DNA of 63,261 nt, the filler included, from Squatina squatina (Eukaryota): NCBI GenBank assembly GCA_031763465.1. It is 4 parts of 4 records of this genome, joined end to end, with 100 filler letters (N's around TTAATTAATTAA, not from the genome) between each part and the next. Parts side by side here need not be neighbours in the genome. Positions count along the whole stretch, not along the records: positions 1 to 17,956 come from JARFOE010000162.1; 3 more parts are not named here. One strand, 5' to 3'. A program made the position numbers and the translations under genes. Shown in pieces: positions 1 to 13,420 of the stretch (position 1 is its first letter; the number at the start of each line of letters is the position of its first letter). The notes under the pieces are model-generated. The model worked only from the letters and a program-made list of their open reading frames with translations, searched no databases and was not told the origin of the DNA.

Positions 1-665
1 AAGCCATTCTTTTTGATCCAGATCAAAATGTCAATTTTAATTGGTATGGTTAAAGTAGACCTGGATGAGAATGGTTACTGTGGCAATTGTGTTGATGTAG
101 ATTTGGATTCCCTCTTGTTTCCTGGCTGAAAAGCAGATGGTGCGCTGTTACGATTGACAGAACTCCTATTTAATTCATGGCCGTCCCTTCAGGATGGTTT
201 AAATTATTTCTTGTTCAATCCTAAAGAGATTTCGACACAGCAGAGACCTACACTGCTTGCACATACCAGCACAGCTGTTCTTTCCCTGAACTTGAATCAG
301 CCGTAAATATATTCCATCGAAATATGATATGAATAATTGGTTTTAATTATTACTTTGGCTAATTTTGTTAGCCTGTAATTTTTTTTAAGCCAGTGAAGTT
401 TTTATTACTTACAAATCTATTAGTATTCCTAATGATCTTGTTACATTAGATCTTGGCTGTAAGTATTACAGTACCCTGAATATTAGTTGTCAGTGGGGTA
501 CTTGGAAGTTAACAGCTGCTTTTTACAGCCACGTGGAATAGGACAAGTTTATTTATGTAAGGATATGTATGCTGTGTGAGCATTAATGAGGTTTTAATGT
601 ATATAATAAATATTCCAGGACGGCTGACTTGCCCTTAATTTTTCCTTTATCACTCTTCGCTGTAG

Positions 666-859
666 AATATTGAGGAGTGGAACATCGGAAATCTCAACAC
701 CTTACTGGATATGGTGGAGCAGGAGTGTGGAATCGTGATTGAAGGTGTGAATACACCATACCTGTACTTTGGGATGTGGAAAACCACGTTTGCCTGGCAC
801 ACGGAAGATATGGATCTCTACAGCATTAACTACTTGCACTTCGGGGAGCCCAAATCCTG
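666..859 (+). CDS. KDM4B: Lysine demethylase KDM4 (JmjC domain) internal exon
   Basis: Pyrimidine tract and AG at 664-665, GT donor at 860. Encodes [65 protein letters not shown] with the Fe-binding HTE motif. The B paralog is supported by LDMVE..CG and by the terminal exon at 9438. Confidence 0.93.
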
Positions 860-2582
860 GTATGTACAGACGTTGCACGATCCAGTTGAACTGGAAAACT
901 TGTTCTTTTCCAAAGCCATAGCTTATGCCCGCTGCTGACCTTGAAGAAAGCTGCCCACAAAGCTCTGGCAATCTCTGTGGCAAAACCTTTAGCTTTCTTG
1001 ACCTTAATTTGATTGCAGCACTGTCCAANNNNNNNNNNNNNNNNNNNNNNNNNNNNNNNNNNNNNNNNNNNNNNNNNNNNNNNNNNNNNNNNNNNNNNNN
1101 NNNNNNNNNNNNNNNNNNNNNNNNNNNNCCTTCTTTGACTCAGCCTCCATTTTTCCTTAAACTTTTCTGAAGTGCCTTGGCTGTTTTTCAATGCAAGTTG
1201 TTGTCGTAGCAGTTGTAATATTACTAGGTGATAAGTCGTAATAATAGTAACAGTAGTAAAAGCACTGCCATCTATTAGTACGAAAACCCCGCAACTGTGA
1301 CTTTTTCCATAATGACAGATTTCATAAAGTCTGATTTCTGAACAGAGACTTTTTCCCAGCATTGCAAGACCTTTTCTACATATGCTGTGTTCAAACACAC
1401 AGAGATTCCTGAAGCTCTTTGCCACTGTAATATAGATTCCACAATCATTCCACCAGGCACTGCCTTCCGTTCAGTGCTTCTCGATATCGCTATTGAGATC
1501 TCGGTGCAGCAAGTTGAGGCAATTTCATCAAAAATGAAAGTGAAACTGATCGGTCAATTGAACACAAAATAAACGTAGAATAGCGGTTAAATTTTTCTGA
1601 AGGTTAGTTAATGGAATGCTGTTATCGGTGACAGATTTATGACAAGCTTGCCAGTACTTACTGAGATATTTGTGTGACAGACTGGCTCAGAATCTGCTGC
1701 CTCATATAATCCTTTTCTTTATAGCTTACATTTTCTGTTGGGGATTAATAAATTTCTGTTAGTGTTTTGACTATTATCAAATATGGTTATAAATGGCAGT
1801 CCCCGTTCTCATTATTAGCTGGCCATCCACCTGAGTCTGGATTTAGTACCGAACAGATTTTTGTTTAGTGAAATTACTACATGCACTTGATTGTGGCGTG
1901 ATTCATTTAAGGAAATGATGTATTGACAAAGTAGTTGTGTATAACTAGACATCTATGCAACAGGAAGAAACTGGAACGAATCCAGTACAAGCAACTTGCT
2001 GATATCAGGTTTGCATATACTGTACATGGATTCAGCTCTACTTGTAGCTGGCAGTGATGTGGGACTGCACTCAGCTCACTCATTTGGCAATCAAAGGAGC
2101 CATAGTTATTTTAAAACCACTCAGCGAAAGATAGTTAAAACAGCATTCATTCGTCATGAGACAAATGTATTAAATTGGCACGCAGAGGATGGTTGAATGG
2201 TCGAGGCCCTGGGTTTGAGTCTTGTTGAGTCTGCTGGGATGAAAGTTTCTGCAATTGCCTGAGTTCTAAATGAAATAAGTTTAAACACCTCAATTCAGCT
2301 CTAGTCCACAACATAAAACATTCTATGATTATCAATCTCAACCGTAGGGTCCAAAAGGATCAATGGTCACGGAGGACGGAAGCAGTAGAGTGGGGGAGGG
2401 AGTTCTGAGGTTCTGATTAAAGCATATTGTTCGGAGCAGTGCATGTTATACCAGTCCTGAAAGTACTGCACACTGACAAAATGAAAAATGTTCCATTCCT
2501 CAGCACCCAGACCCCTTATATTCATGAATGCAGAATTCATGAATATTAATGAGTAGAGATTATGAGGTAAAAGATCTCCATT

Positions 2583-2775
2583 AGAGAAACATAGAAAATA
2601 GGAACAGGAGTAGGCCATTCGTCCCTTAGAGCCTGCTTCGCCATTCAATACGATCACGGCTGATCATCCAAATTCAATATCCTGTTCCTGCTTTCTCCCT
2701 ATATCCCTTGATCCCTTTAGCCATAAAAACTATATCTAACTCCTTCTTGAATATACTTAATGATTTGGCCTCAAC
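2583..2775 (-). mobile_element. CR1 LINE 3' end
   Basis: agaaacatagaaaataggaacaggagtaggccattc tail. Minus-strand EAKSLSIFKKELDIVF..KGIKGY. Confidence 0.8.
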
Positions 2776-3304
2776 NNNNNNNNNNNNNNNNNNNNNNNNN
2801 NNNNNNNNNNNNNNNNNNNNNNNNNNNNNNNNNNNNNNNNNNNNNNNNNNNNNNNNNNNNNNNNNNNNNNNNNNNATATGGAATGTTCCTGCTCTCCATA
2901 ATTCCATGTATTTAGCTTGTGAAAAGCATTTCATTTACTTCATTGCATATACCGCGCGCGGTGGAAGTAGTGCAGCAAGCGAAAGCATGGCTGGATGGTT
3001 ATGCCAGGTTGTATGTGCACAGATTTGCTAAAGCTGATTTACCTTGGGAGGGTTTAGTAAAATGCTTTTTTATTAAGGAAAGTGATTTTTCTTCCTGGCA
3101 ACCTGCAAGATTTTAATCATCTTAGGCAGTATTTCAGCTTAATACTGAGCAGTAGAAAGTACTGCGTTAAGTAATTTCATTTCAGAAACTATTTCAATTT
3201 TACTGCGATTTTATTTTTGGGGTGTATTATGTATAGGATTAAAAAGTGTATTTGAGAGGACTTGTCGAGTGGCATCTCGTTTTATGTTAACACGTTAAGG
3301 CCAT

Positions 3305-3915
3305 AAAAATGCAAGCAATACACTTGGATTCATTTCTAGAGGAATAAACTTGAAAAGCAGGGAAGTTATGTTAAACTTGTGTAGAACCTTGGTTAGACCA
3401 TACTTATTGTGTACAGTTCTGATCTTCATATTACAAAGAGGCATCGAAGAAGATGCAAAAAGGATTTACAAGATTGATACCAGAACTGAGAGGTTATAAC
3501 TATCAGGAAAGTCTCAAAAGGCTGGTGCTCACTTCTCAAGAAAAGAGAAGGCTGAGGGGTGACCTAATCAAGATCTTTAAAATTATGAAGGGGTTTGATA
3601 GGGTAGCGTAGAGAAGATGTTTCCACTTGGGAGTCTAAAACTAGGGGCCATAAATATAAGATAGTCAGTATTAAATCCAATAAGGAATTCAGGAGAAACT
3701 TGTTTGTCCAAAATGTGATGAGAATGTTTCCACAAGGAGTAGTTGAGACAGATTGCACAGATGCATTTAAGGGGAAGCCAGATCAGTACATGAGGGATAA
3801 AGGGATAGAAGAATATGCAGATGGAGTTAGATGAGGAGGCTCATGTGGAGCATAAACACCAGTATGGACCAGTTGAGCCGAACGGTTTATTACTGTGCTG
3901 TAAATTTTATGTAAT
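3305..3915 (+). mobile_element. CR1 LINE ORF2 C-terminal/3' fragment, degraded
   Basis: Decayed LYxxLVRPxL, RRLRGDLI and RxNFFxQxV-type sequence, ending in an attctatg tail. Confidence 0.8.
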
Positions 3916-4133
3916 TCTATGTGTATGTTTTCAGAGAAGAACTTTCTTTCCTCCCCCGTTATGTACTGTGGTCAAGAGAGCAGTCCGTTTCCAGGTAGAA
4001 GTCTGATTCATTATACCGCATGTGGCAGTGGAGNNNNNNNNNNNNNNNNNNNNNNNNNNNNNNNNNNNNNNNNNNNNNNNNNNNNNNNNNNNNNNNNNNN
4101 NNNNNNNNNNNNNNNNNNNNNNNNNNNNNNNNN

Positions 4134-4450
4134 GATAGATCCTTGAGAGACTCCAGAGGTAACGGTGTGGGAGCGGGAAGAGAAGCCATTACAGATGATG
4201 CTCTGGCTATGACTGGATAAATAAGAATTTAAAAAGGCGAAGGTAAAGTAGGATGAGGAGGGATTGTTTACCATGGTTACAGTTGCATAGGATATCATTT
4301 GTGACTTTGATGAGGGCCTTTCCAATGCTGTGGCAGGGGTGGAAATATGGTTGAAGGGCTTCAAACATGGAGTTGCGGGAAAGATGGGCACAGATTTGGG
4401 AGGTGAAAATACGTTTAAGGGCTTTAGAGAGGAAAGCTAGGTTGGAAACA
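4134..4450 (-). mobile_element. L2-type LINE reverse transcriptase fragment
   Basis: Minus-strand FLNSYLSSHSQSIICNGFSSRSHTVTSGVSQGS resembles the RT GVPQGS motif region. Confidence 0.65.
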
Positions 4451-5294
4451 ATACCTGCATTTGCATAGGCCTTCTCCCATCAAAACATCTCAAAAGACCT
4501 TCACAGGATAAGTTTTGCAGTGCAGGTAGAGGACAGATGTATTACTCAGAACTGGTGTGTTATGATATTTTTATAAGCAGGAAACATCTTACATTAGTGA
4601 AACACCTGTTTTAGACTTCTCAGGTGGAGGAAATCCATTTCTTGACATTTTCCATAAGTCTGTCAGCAATGTTAACTGGATTGATATCCTTCCCAATACT
4701 GGATCTCCAGTGCCATTTTTCTTTAAAAAAGGATCTGGATGCATACATACTTTCCCTTGCTCTTAATTGTGCTGTGCTAATGTTGACTAAATGTTCTAAT
4801 TGGCACATATGTTCTGTTCTGCACTTTCATTTTCACTTTTTTTTAAATTGGAAGGAATGGGACCCCACACTTGTAAAAGTTAACTTTCCGTGCCAGAGAG
4901 ATTGGTAGTAATTAAGACTGATCATGCCGTTAAAAATTCGCTTACATTTTACTGGGCAAGCCGTAACTCTTTCTGGCATGGTTCGTGGGTAAGAACTGCA
5001 ACTACACGCCTTACATGTATTTCAGTGCCAAAACTCTCAGCGGGGTATCAGCGTAACGAAGCTTGTGGAGGAACAGGGCTAATGCCTTCACCATTATTAT
5101 CACTGCAAAATTCAGACCATAACCTTCAACTAAATGCTAATAGATCTCCATGGTGGTGTTCATTAGAAGTTGGAGAATATGCTGTTTTATAACAAAGTGG
5201 GGAACATATTTCAAGAAATAAATGTCACAGTCACAGGAAGTGTGCATCATGATTAAGACTTTTAATATATTGTAGATATATAACTCCTATCTAA

Positions 5295-5560
5295 TCTCAG
5301 GTGGATGTAAAAGATCCCATGGCACAATGAAGAAGAGCATGAGAGTTCTCCTTGGTGTCCTGCCTAATATTTATCCTTCAACCAATATCTCTCAGATTTT
5401 CTGGTCACCTGTCTCTCTGTTATTTGTGGGAGATTTTTCAGTGCAATAAAATATTTCCTACACTACAACAGAGATTACACCTCAAAAGTGCTTCTTTGGT
5501 TGTAAAGCACTTCTGCACGTCCTGAAGTTGTAAAAGTCGCTATATAAATGCAAGTTCTTT
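5295..5560 (+). mobile_element. Deu-domain SINE (SacSINE1/AmnSINE-like)
   Basis: gtggatgtaaaagatcccatggcac...tcctg..aatatttatcc..caacc...tgtaaagcactt...gctatataaatgcaagttcttt. Related copies occur elsewhere in the window. Confidence 0.7.
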
Positions 5561-6269
5561 TAAGTTCTATTTGAGGTCTATCCAAATGTGGGTCTGAAAA
5601 AAAACTGATCACTGTAAATGTAATCTGACCCAGACATTACTCATGAAGGAACCTGAGACTGTGGATATTTCTCAGTTATGCCTCTGAACTGCTTGGTTGA
5701 ATTTGTCCTTAATGCAAAATTCTTCATGTAGAGACGAGCCCGGGGGAACAGTTTTGAATTAATTAGATAACACAGTTGATGGCTTATTTTATTCACTTTC
5801 ATCTTTTAAATAAATCTGGCACTGTTTTATTAGGTACAAACTTGAGGTTTTTGGAGTTTCTCAAATTCTCTGATTAATGAAGAATATTAATAGCGAAGTT
5901 TAAAACGGTTTGGAAAGCGATTTAACAAAACATTGTGTAACACAGAGGGATGATTGCGTACCACATTATCTGCGCTAATCATTCAAGATGGTGAGCTGTA
6001 TTGTTGAGGGCATTTAAGCAGACTGTTAATAGCAATAAAAGCAAATGCATCAGACATGCAGTAGGGGGTGGCCACTGTGGCAGATGTAATTGAAAAGCAG
6101 CTATTAAAAGTGCAGAGAGAAAGCTATGCAAAGGTGCTATAGGTTATGCACAATTAATACCATTTCAGGATCAAATAATTATAGGTCATTGCTGGAAATG
6201 TATTCTTAATGCATTGTGTTGGAATTCATTTTAAAAGCATCTTAATGAGCTTGAGCTTTGACACTGTTG

Positions 6270-6530
6270 ATAAATACTTGTATTTATGTCGTCCTTTATC
6301 ATGCTGTTGAAATATCTCAAAGTATTTTGCACAAGATACTTGTGGAATGGAGTAATTTGTAGCCAAATGTAGCCGTCTATACCAGCAACAACCCACAATT
6401 CACAATGAGATTGGTTGAGGGAGGAACGTTAGCCAAGGCACTGGGAATACTCCTTGCCTCTCTCCTAGAAATGCCTTGGAATCTTAAATACTTACCTGAG
6501 CAGGCAGCTTATCTTTTGATTTAACTTTTT
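6270..6530 (-). mobile_element. Deu-domain SINE, degraded
   Basis: Reverse-complement similarity to the 5295-5560 copy. Confidence 0.5.
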
Positions 6531-7892
6531 ANNNNNNNNNNNNNNNNNNNNNNNNNNNNNNNNNNNNNNNNNNNNNNNNNNNNNNNNNNNNNNNNNNNNN
6601 NNNNNNNNNNNNNNNNNNNNNNNNNNNNNNNTGTTCTTTGTTCTCAGTCTGAAACTGGCATGCTGGTCCATGTTTAACAGGTCAGTGAGTGCAAAGCACT
6701 AGTTTTGGTCTAAAGAGGAAAGAATGGAACACAAAAAAACATTAACATTCTTTTTATAGCACCAACAATCCGAGCAGCACCCTGCAAAGGAATGGCTGAG
6801 TGCACTGGAAAGGAAAGATTGACTGCTGTTCAATCAACGATTAATTCACCAGCAGTTTAAAGGGCCCATGAGTACTGAGCAGTATTGCTCAGCAACACGG
6901 TACATACCATAGATCACAAGATAGTGGAATTAGCAGTGCACCTCAAGTACACTCACCTACTGATATATTGATCATTTGGTTATCATGAAAATTCTTATTG
7001 TTGGCCAAATTGCTCACTATGACCAGATNNNNNNNNNNACCATGCATCCACAAAAATTTCCAATTAATTTTTGATGCATGAACTGCCTCGCATATCCCAT
7101 GTTGACTTAAAATTATTGCTTTTTCCTTTGTTAAATGAACTTGAGTTGCTTTCTTAATGATGGACACCAGTGTTTTCCTTACTACAAATACCCAACCAAT
7201 AAGCCTGTAATTCCCAAGAATAGAACCTTGCTTAAAAATGGAAAGAGTATTTTCTATTTCCTCGTCTTCTGATACTAGCCTTATATTTAATCATTTGTTG
7301 CAAATTCCAACCCAAAGCTCCATCTTCTTCTGTTTTCAATTCCTCTACTATTCTTCAATCCATTCCATCTGTTTCTTATGAATATTCAAAGAATCCATTT
7401 TTATTGGAATTTCATGATCAATATTTTGTGTGAATTTGGAGGCTCTTCCTATTGCTTCAATTGCCAGAAAGGATGTACTGTTTTTTTTAACGTAGTGAAA
7501 ACAGTTTAGAAAGAATAATTTCAGATGTCCTCTATTTGTCCCTTTTCCAGTTTCACTCAAAGTATCTGTAAAGGGAACTAATTAGAATCATAAACTTTTA
7601 CAGCACAGATAAAGGACATATCCCATACCCTTTCAAATATTTATCCATTGCCCTTGAGCTGTCCTCAACATCAAGGCAGAATTTGACTGGTATGGCACAA
7701 AATTCTGCTTCTACACAGTTTCTGGTATGCAATCCATGTCCTAATAATGTTCTGTGAAGACTTTGTTCATAATCTCTCCCTTTGTTTGATTGTAAAATAT
7801 ATTATTAGTACACTGGAATGTTGAAGCTAGTTTTGCACAGAAATGTATGAAAAGAGCTTGGATGTGGAGCATCTTGCAAATTGCCATTTGTG

Positions 7893-8094
7893 ACATAGAG
7901 TTACAAAGAATATACAGCACAGGAACAGGCCATTCAGCCCAACCGGTCCATGCCGGCACTTGTGCTCCATTCAAGCCTCCTGCTATCCTTCCTCATCTAA
8001 TTCTATCAGCATCACCCTCTATTCCCTTTTCCCTCATATGCTTGTCTAGCTTCATCTTAAATGCATCTATACTATTCGCCTCAATTACTCCCTG
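7893..8094 (-). mobile_element. CR1 LINE 3' end
   Basis: tacagcacaggaacaggccattcagccc tail and ctctattccctttt...cttaaatgcatc body. Confidence 0.75.
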
Positions 8095-8922
8095 NNNNNN
8101 NNNNNNNNNNNNNNNNNNNNNNNNNNNNNNNNNNNNNNNNNNNNNNNNNNNNNNNNNNNNNNNNNNNNNNNNNNNNNNNNNNNNNNNNNNNNNNTAATCA
8201 TCTGTTCAGCTATGTCAACAGTGAAATTACCAATCGCCTTTGGAATAAGTGTGCAAAACCTCCGTACCCCTTTTTAACTGAAGTCTTAAATTGAAGATTA
8301 TAGTAAGTTAAAGGTAGATCATTGCAATTTGAATTTCCATGATAATTTCTTTGAGAGTTAATCTAGAAGTGTTGGGTACTATAGTGCAGTAGTAATCCAC
8401 TGATCACTGTCTCAGATCAGCCTAATCACGTCCAGTTCTCACTTTTGCTCATGTTTAAGAAAAACATTGTAACTCTGAAACCACAGCATGGACTGGGATA
8501 AGCCTAAATAATTTAACTCTTATTTCATAAGGGTTGATTGATAACATATTTGTTTACTGATGTCCCTCAGTGCACTTGCAAGCTCACCAAAAATGTGGGG
8601 AGCGCATTAATTTTAGTCACTCATGTACAGCGAGAATATTTTGAAGAAAGCAGTGGGTTTTACTGAAATATAGTGCATGCATAGCTTATCATATCAAGCA
8701 GACTACCCAGGTGAACAGACAGAATGAAAGGTTTATGAATTTAAAATGAGGGATGACTGATATCACAGGATGAAAATTATAGGTTTATTCCAGTTCACAT
8801 TGNNNNNNNNNNNNNNNNNNNNNNNNNNNNNNNNNNNNNNNNNNNNNNNNNNNNNNNNNNNNNNNNNNNNNNNNNNNNNNNNNNNNNNNNNNNNNNNNNN
8901 NNTAGGCTGGGGTTGTTTTCTT

Positions 8923-9302
8923 TAGAACAGAGGAGGCTGAGGGGAGACCTAATTGAGGTGTATAAAATTATGAGGGGCCCAGATAGTGGATAGGAAGGAT
9001 TATTCCCCTTATCAGAGGGGTCAATAACCAGGGGGCATAGATTTCAAGTAATTGGTAGTAGATTTAGAGGGGATTTAAGGAGAATTATTTTCACCCAGAG
9101 GGTGGTCGGGGTCTGGAACTCACTGCCTGAAAAGGCAGAAACCCTCATAGCACTTAGTGCTTGGATGTGCACTTGAAGTGCTGTAACCTACAAGGCTACA
9201 GACTAAGTACTGGAAAGTGGGATTAGGCTGGATAGCTCTTGGTCGGACGGCACGGACACGATGGGCAGAAATGCAGCCTCCTGTGCTGTAAATTTCTATG
9301 AT
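8923..9302 (+). mobile_element. CR1 LINE 3' end
   Basis: RLGLFSLEQRRLRGDLIEVYKIMRG...FTQRVVGVWNSLP, ending in a tttctatg tail. Confidence 0.88.
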
Positions 9303-9437
9303 GCTGACTTTTGGCGTGTGTGTTGAGTTATTCGTTAAGCTCACCTGAATTTCAAAAGGAGGAAATCGCTTGGGGAAGAGGCATCTTCAAGCCTTCCATT
9401 GGCAAATTGCTGTCTTACAATCGCATTTATCTTACAG

Positions 9438-9629
9438 TCGCCACTGACGAGCTCCCAGCACGAGGACTTTTTCTCAGGAGAGGAGGCTAAGGATGCAAAG
9501 AAGTCTCGGCCGTCCAACTCCAAGTTCGTGGAAGACTACAGCCAGAAAGATTACACCCAAAATCCCGAATATCTTACTTTTATGGAAAACCTCTTTCATT
9601 CACCGTACCAGCAGGGATATATTAATTAG
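9438..9629 (+). CDS. KDM4B: KDM4B terminal coding exon
   Basis: Acceptor cttacag ends at 9437. SPLTSSQHEDFFSGEEAKDAKKSR...PEYLTFMENLF...* resembles the recalled KDM4B C-terminus (FSGEEAKAAKRPR...DYVAFVESLL). Stop TAG at 9627-9629. Confidence 0.8.
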   Translation, partial: SPLTSSQHEDFFSGEEAKDAKKSRPSNSKFVEDYSQKDYTQNPEYLTFMENLFHSPYQQGYIN

Positions 9630-10470
9630 GAAAGTGCAATTTTGTGTTTTGGGGTTTTTTTGTTTGTTCTGGGTTTTTCAATGGGGAAAAAAAATGATTT
9701 TGTGCTTAGTAAATGGATTCAATTTAAACAAAAAAAGTTATTGAAAAGACTCTACAGTAAATACTGTGAGCCATCTTCTGCGAAGGTGCTAAACAAATTC
9801 CGAATTGAACTACTGAATCTGCCTTGAAATTTCAACGACATCTCCTGTACATAGAAAAAAAAATTTGTGTGTGAAGTCCTTTTTTTTTAATCTTGGGTTT
9901 AAGAAAAAAGGAGAGAACAAAGTGCAGCGTTTTTCTAGCTTTTGTGTGTATACCCCTGGCATGTTTGAACCAAAGCAATATTTGCAACTGTTGTAGGGTG
10001 TGGTAGTATTGATATGAAGGAAACCAATGTCACTTCTTTGATTTGTCTGCACCAAGGCAATTCTTTCCAAATATTCTTCAGGTACAGTTTTTTTTGTTGT
10101 TGGAAGGCTTGGGTGGATTTTGAAAATGTTTAAAATGTAACTGTACAGACTACATCCCCACAATGATTTAAATTTTTATTTGGAGGCAAAAAAAAAAATC
10201 GCCCTCCTTAAGACCTAGGATGCAACTGAGCACATGATGTGTGGAACCCCAGCTTTGGAGGTGAATGTGTGTCTCTGCGGCTCATCGANNNNNNNNNNGA
10301 ACATTGTGGGTACACCAGCTGTAACGTTAATTTGTCACTCACTGGAATTTCGAATGTGTACGGTTTTCGGGTTGCCGTGCACACGCAAAAGAGAGCAGCT
10401 TTATTTTTTTTCTTAAAATGTTTTAGAACCTTTTTAAATAAAACAAGTTTTGTTTCCCTTTTTTTGCATA
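9630..10470 (+). other. KDM4B: KDM4B 3'UTR with poly(A) signal
   Basis: U-rich, repeat-free sequence after the stop. AATAAA at 10437-10442 is followed by a U/GU-rich downstream element. Pumilio-type TGTACATA at 9846-9853. Confidence 0.6.
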
Positions 10471-13121
10471 TTTGTGTGGTGAATCCTGATTTAAAGATGG
10501 GGCTAAAAGAAAAAGCTGTAGAGGGGGCAGAAGTTAGAAAGGATTGAACATCGCTCGTGTTCTGTCGAGCCGTTGGTCCCAGGACAAGACCAGATGACAT
10601 CTCTACTGTCAGGTTACGGGTTTGAGGGGAGTCTAGATTTTTTCGTCTCTTCATAGTTTTTCTTAATATGTGGAAAAGAGTTTGTACTATTTAAGGCCTG
10701 ATCCATTATTGATTGCAGTTGATGTTAAAGTAAACTCTTGGAGTTATAAAGTATTACTGCAAAGCATAATCAGTAATCATCCATACGGGGAAGCCCGTGT
10801 GCCCATGCAGTTCCCCCGGTCCATTACTATTGGCTTGTAGTCAGTAATGTTTATCCCTTAATATTGTTTGAGTCATCAGAGGCTCAAAACTAAAACCTTG
10901 CCTTGCTCATCATTAACCAAATTCCCTTTGCAAATCCTTTGAATCTAGCTTCCAGCCTGCCCACAGCACTAAAACCACCCCAGTCAAAATAATCAATGAC
11001 ATGCTTTGTGAGAATAATCGTAGTGCACTACTCTTCTTTGTCCTCATGTTGTTGACTATTCCATTCTGCACCTCTCTGGTCCACCGCTGGAGGACTATCC
11101 TCGCATTTTTAGGAAATGCAACTGCTGAACCCCAAACAGCAATGTCTGTATGTGAAAAACCTGAAGTCTTTCCCACCTTTCACCAATGCATACACATCAG
11201 TGAATTAGATCTGGGCCTACTGCTAAATCTGGCATTACAAAAATAGTGCCTAAATCTTTTACCTACATGAGAGAATACAGGTGGTAATTTTAACCTCTCC
11301 CACCCCATGGGATTGGATTGGCCACACATTTTACACCCCGCCCGATTTTAATTTCCATTGAAGTCATTGGGATGTTTAACCAGTACTTAAGGAAGGCCGA
11401 TGCTGGGATCTTAACGGTGAATTCCTGTGGTTTGTTGTGCTATTATATAGAAACTCGTAACTTTACTTTGGATTGTCCTTCTGTTAATTTTGTTTGGTTC
11501 TTCATTCTCAAGGCTCCTAGCGTCATTTGGAAGTCTCCCATGAGTCAGCTTTTTGACTGAGAAATTTCCCTNNNNNNNNNNNNNNNNNNNNNNNNNNNNN
11601 NNNNNNNNNNNNNNNNNNNNNNNNNNNNNNNNNNNNNNNNNNNNNNNNNNNNNNNNNNNNNNNNNNNNNNNATTTATTCCTACTCTGTAAAATGTCAGAA
11701 GACTTAAAAACACTCACGATTCTTAAGTCCATTTGCAGCCTTTGCATCATGACTAAGGTGTCTAGCTTAGTATGGTAGCTGTGTGTCAAATGCAGTAGTA
11801 AATATGTAGTTTCTCAGATAGATGGTTAGTGGAGGCTGATTTTTATAATTCAAAGTGACTAAACTGCAAACTGTTCTCTTAAAACATTCACAGCAGAATG
11901 TCGTGACCTTGTTTCAGCATCACAAGCCATGATATTTGCATCATTTTAAAAAGAAAGACACAACTCGTAAACCAAAATCTACCACATAACCTCTGCTGCT
12001 TCATCAGAACAATTTGTCAACCACAGGAGAAGCATTAGCTTCACCTTGAGGGCAGATGTCCTAAACCGCTTCTCATTGACTCCAGTTGTACGGGACTCGT
12101 GATCCAGCAAGGAAGATCCAAATTCATAATGCTGCTACAAACCTTATTCTTGGATGGTTTGTGTTTTCGGTGCTAGGTATTGTTAACCCACTTCCTGCGT
12201 CAGCAGCCCAGACCTTTCTCAGTGCCTTGTGACATGTTTAGGTCAGTTGAATTATTAACACTCACATTAATTGCAAACTGATTTTGCAAACTAATGAGAT
12301 CCAAACATTGAAATCTTTTTGGAAAGCAAAGGATCACAGTATTGGTTAGTAAAAAGGGACCAGGTACCACAGTAACGTCCTCAGCTTAGTGGCACTGCTT
12401 TGTGTCCATTCAGAAACTGGAGTAAATCGCCAGGTACAGTGTGTATTCTCTCAGTGCAGTTCTACTTATTTTGGCACAATGGCAAGGTAGCCATTCAGTA
12501 TTGCGAGCTCTGTAAAGACCCAATGCTTGAAGTGCTGTCACCTTGTACACAAGGGACGACACCTCACTGTGTGTTGAAGTTAGGGGTTCTGACTCCTGTT
12601 CATGAGGCGTTAAGAAATGGGGATAGAATGTCTTAAATGTCGTAAAGAGGAGGGGTCATATGGTAAATATCTGCTGTACCTCTTGCTACATTGATAACTA
12701 AACCCAAAAACAAACGACAGAAAGGGAGATTTAATTGGGTTGTCAAGAAAAAGAGTTTAATGGTTGCATGCGCAGTGTGAATCTCTCGGTGTTTCTCCTG
12801 TGTACTGTGTAAAACAATACTGCAGTCTGAGAGACCTGTGCTGAGAGTTGTGGAAGAAACCTCTCTCTCTTCCTCTCTCAAAATGAGAATGGGCAGCAGT
12901 CCAGGTCGGCTTTGTCACCATCACGGCAGGTCCAGTGCTTTCAGCTAGTTTGCTAATCCCCAATTGAATTTCCAGGGCAAGCTGAGGCAAGGATTGGCCA
13001 GGCTTTATTGTAATATGTTTTNNNNNNNNNNNNNNNNNNNNNNNNNNNNNNNNNNNNNNNNNNNNNNNNNNNNNNNNNNNNNNNNNNNNNNNNNNNNNNN
13101 NNNNNNNNNNNNNNNNNNNNN

Positions 13122-13290
13122 ATCATCACCAAAAAACAGATTTTCTGGCCAATATCACGTTGCTGTTTATAGGATCTTGCTGTGCGCAGATTGACAGCCA
13201 TGTTTCTTCCATTACAGCACTGGCTGTAAAGCACTTTAGGATGGATTGAGGTTGTGACAGGCGTTATATAAATGCACGTCTTTCTTTTCT
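13122..13290 (+). mobile_element. Deu-domain SINE, 3' half
   Basis: ggatcttgctgtgcgca...ggctgtaaagcacttt...tatataaatgca. Confidence 0.7.
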
Positions 13291-13309
13291 CCCGGCTCTC
13301 TCCACTTGA

Positions 13310-13420
13310 CCTCTGGAACTCACTCCCCAAAACCCTCCGTCTTGCTGTCCCCTCCTCCCCCACCTTCAAAGGCCTCCTCAAAAACTATCTCCTCAATGAA
13401 GACTTTGGCCACCTCCCCAG
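13310..13420 (+). mobile_element. L2 LINE 3' end
   Basis: LWNSLPKTLRLAVPSSPTFKGLLKNYL is the L2 ORF2 C-terminal motif. Confidence 0.6.

Noticed and set aside
6875-6892. Hairpin CTGAGCA-GTAT-TGCTCAG as an iron-responsive element
   Set aside because: The loop is not CAGUGN, the C-bulge geometry is absent, and it is not in a known UTR.
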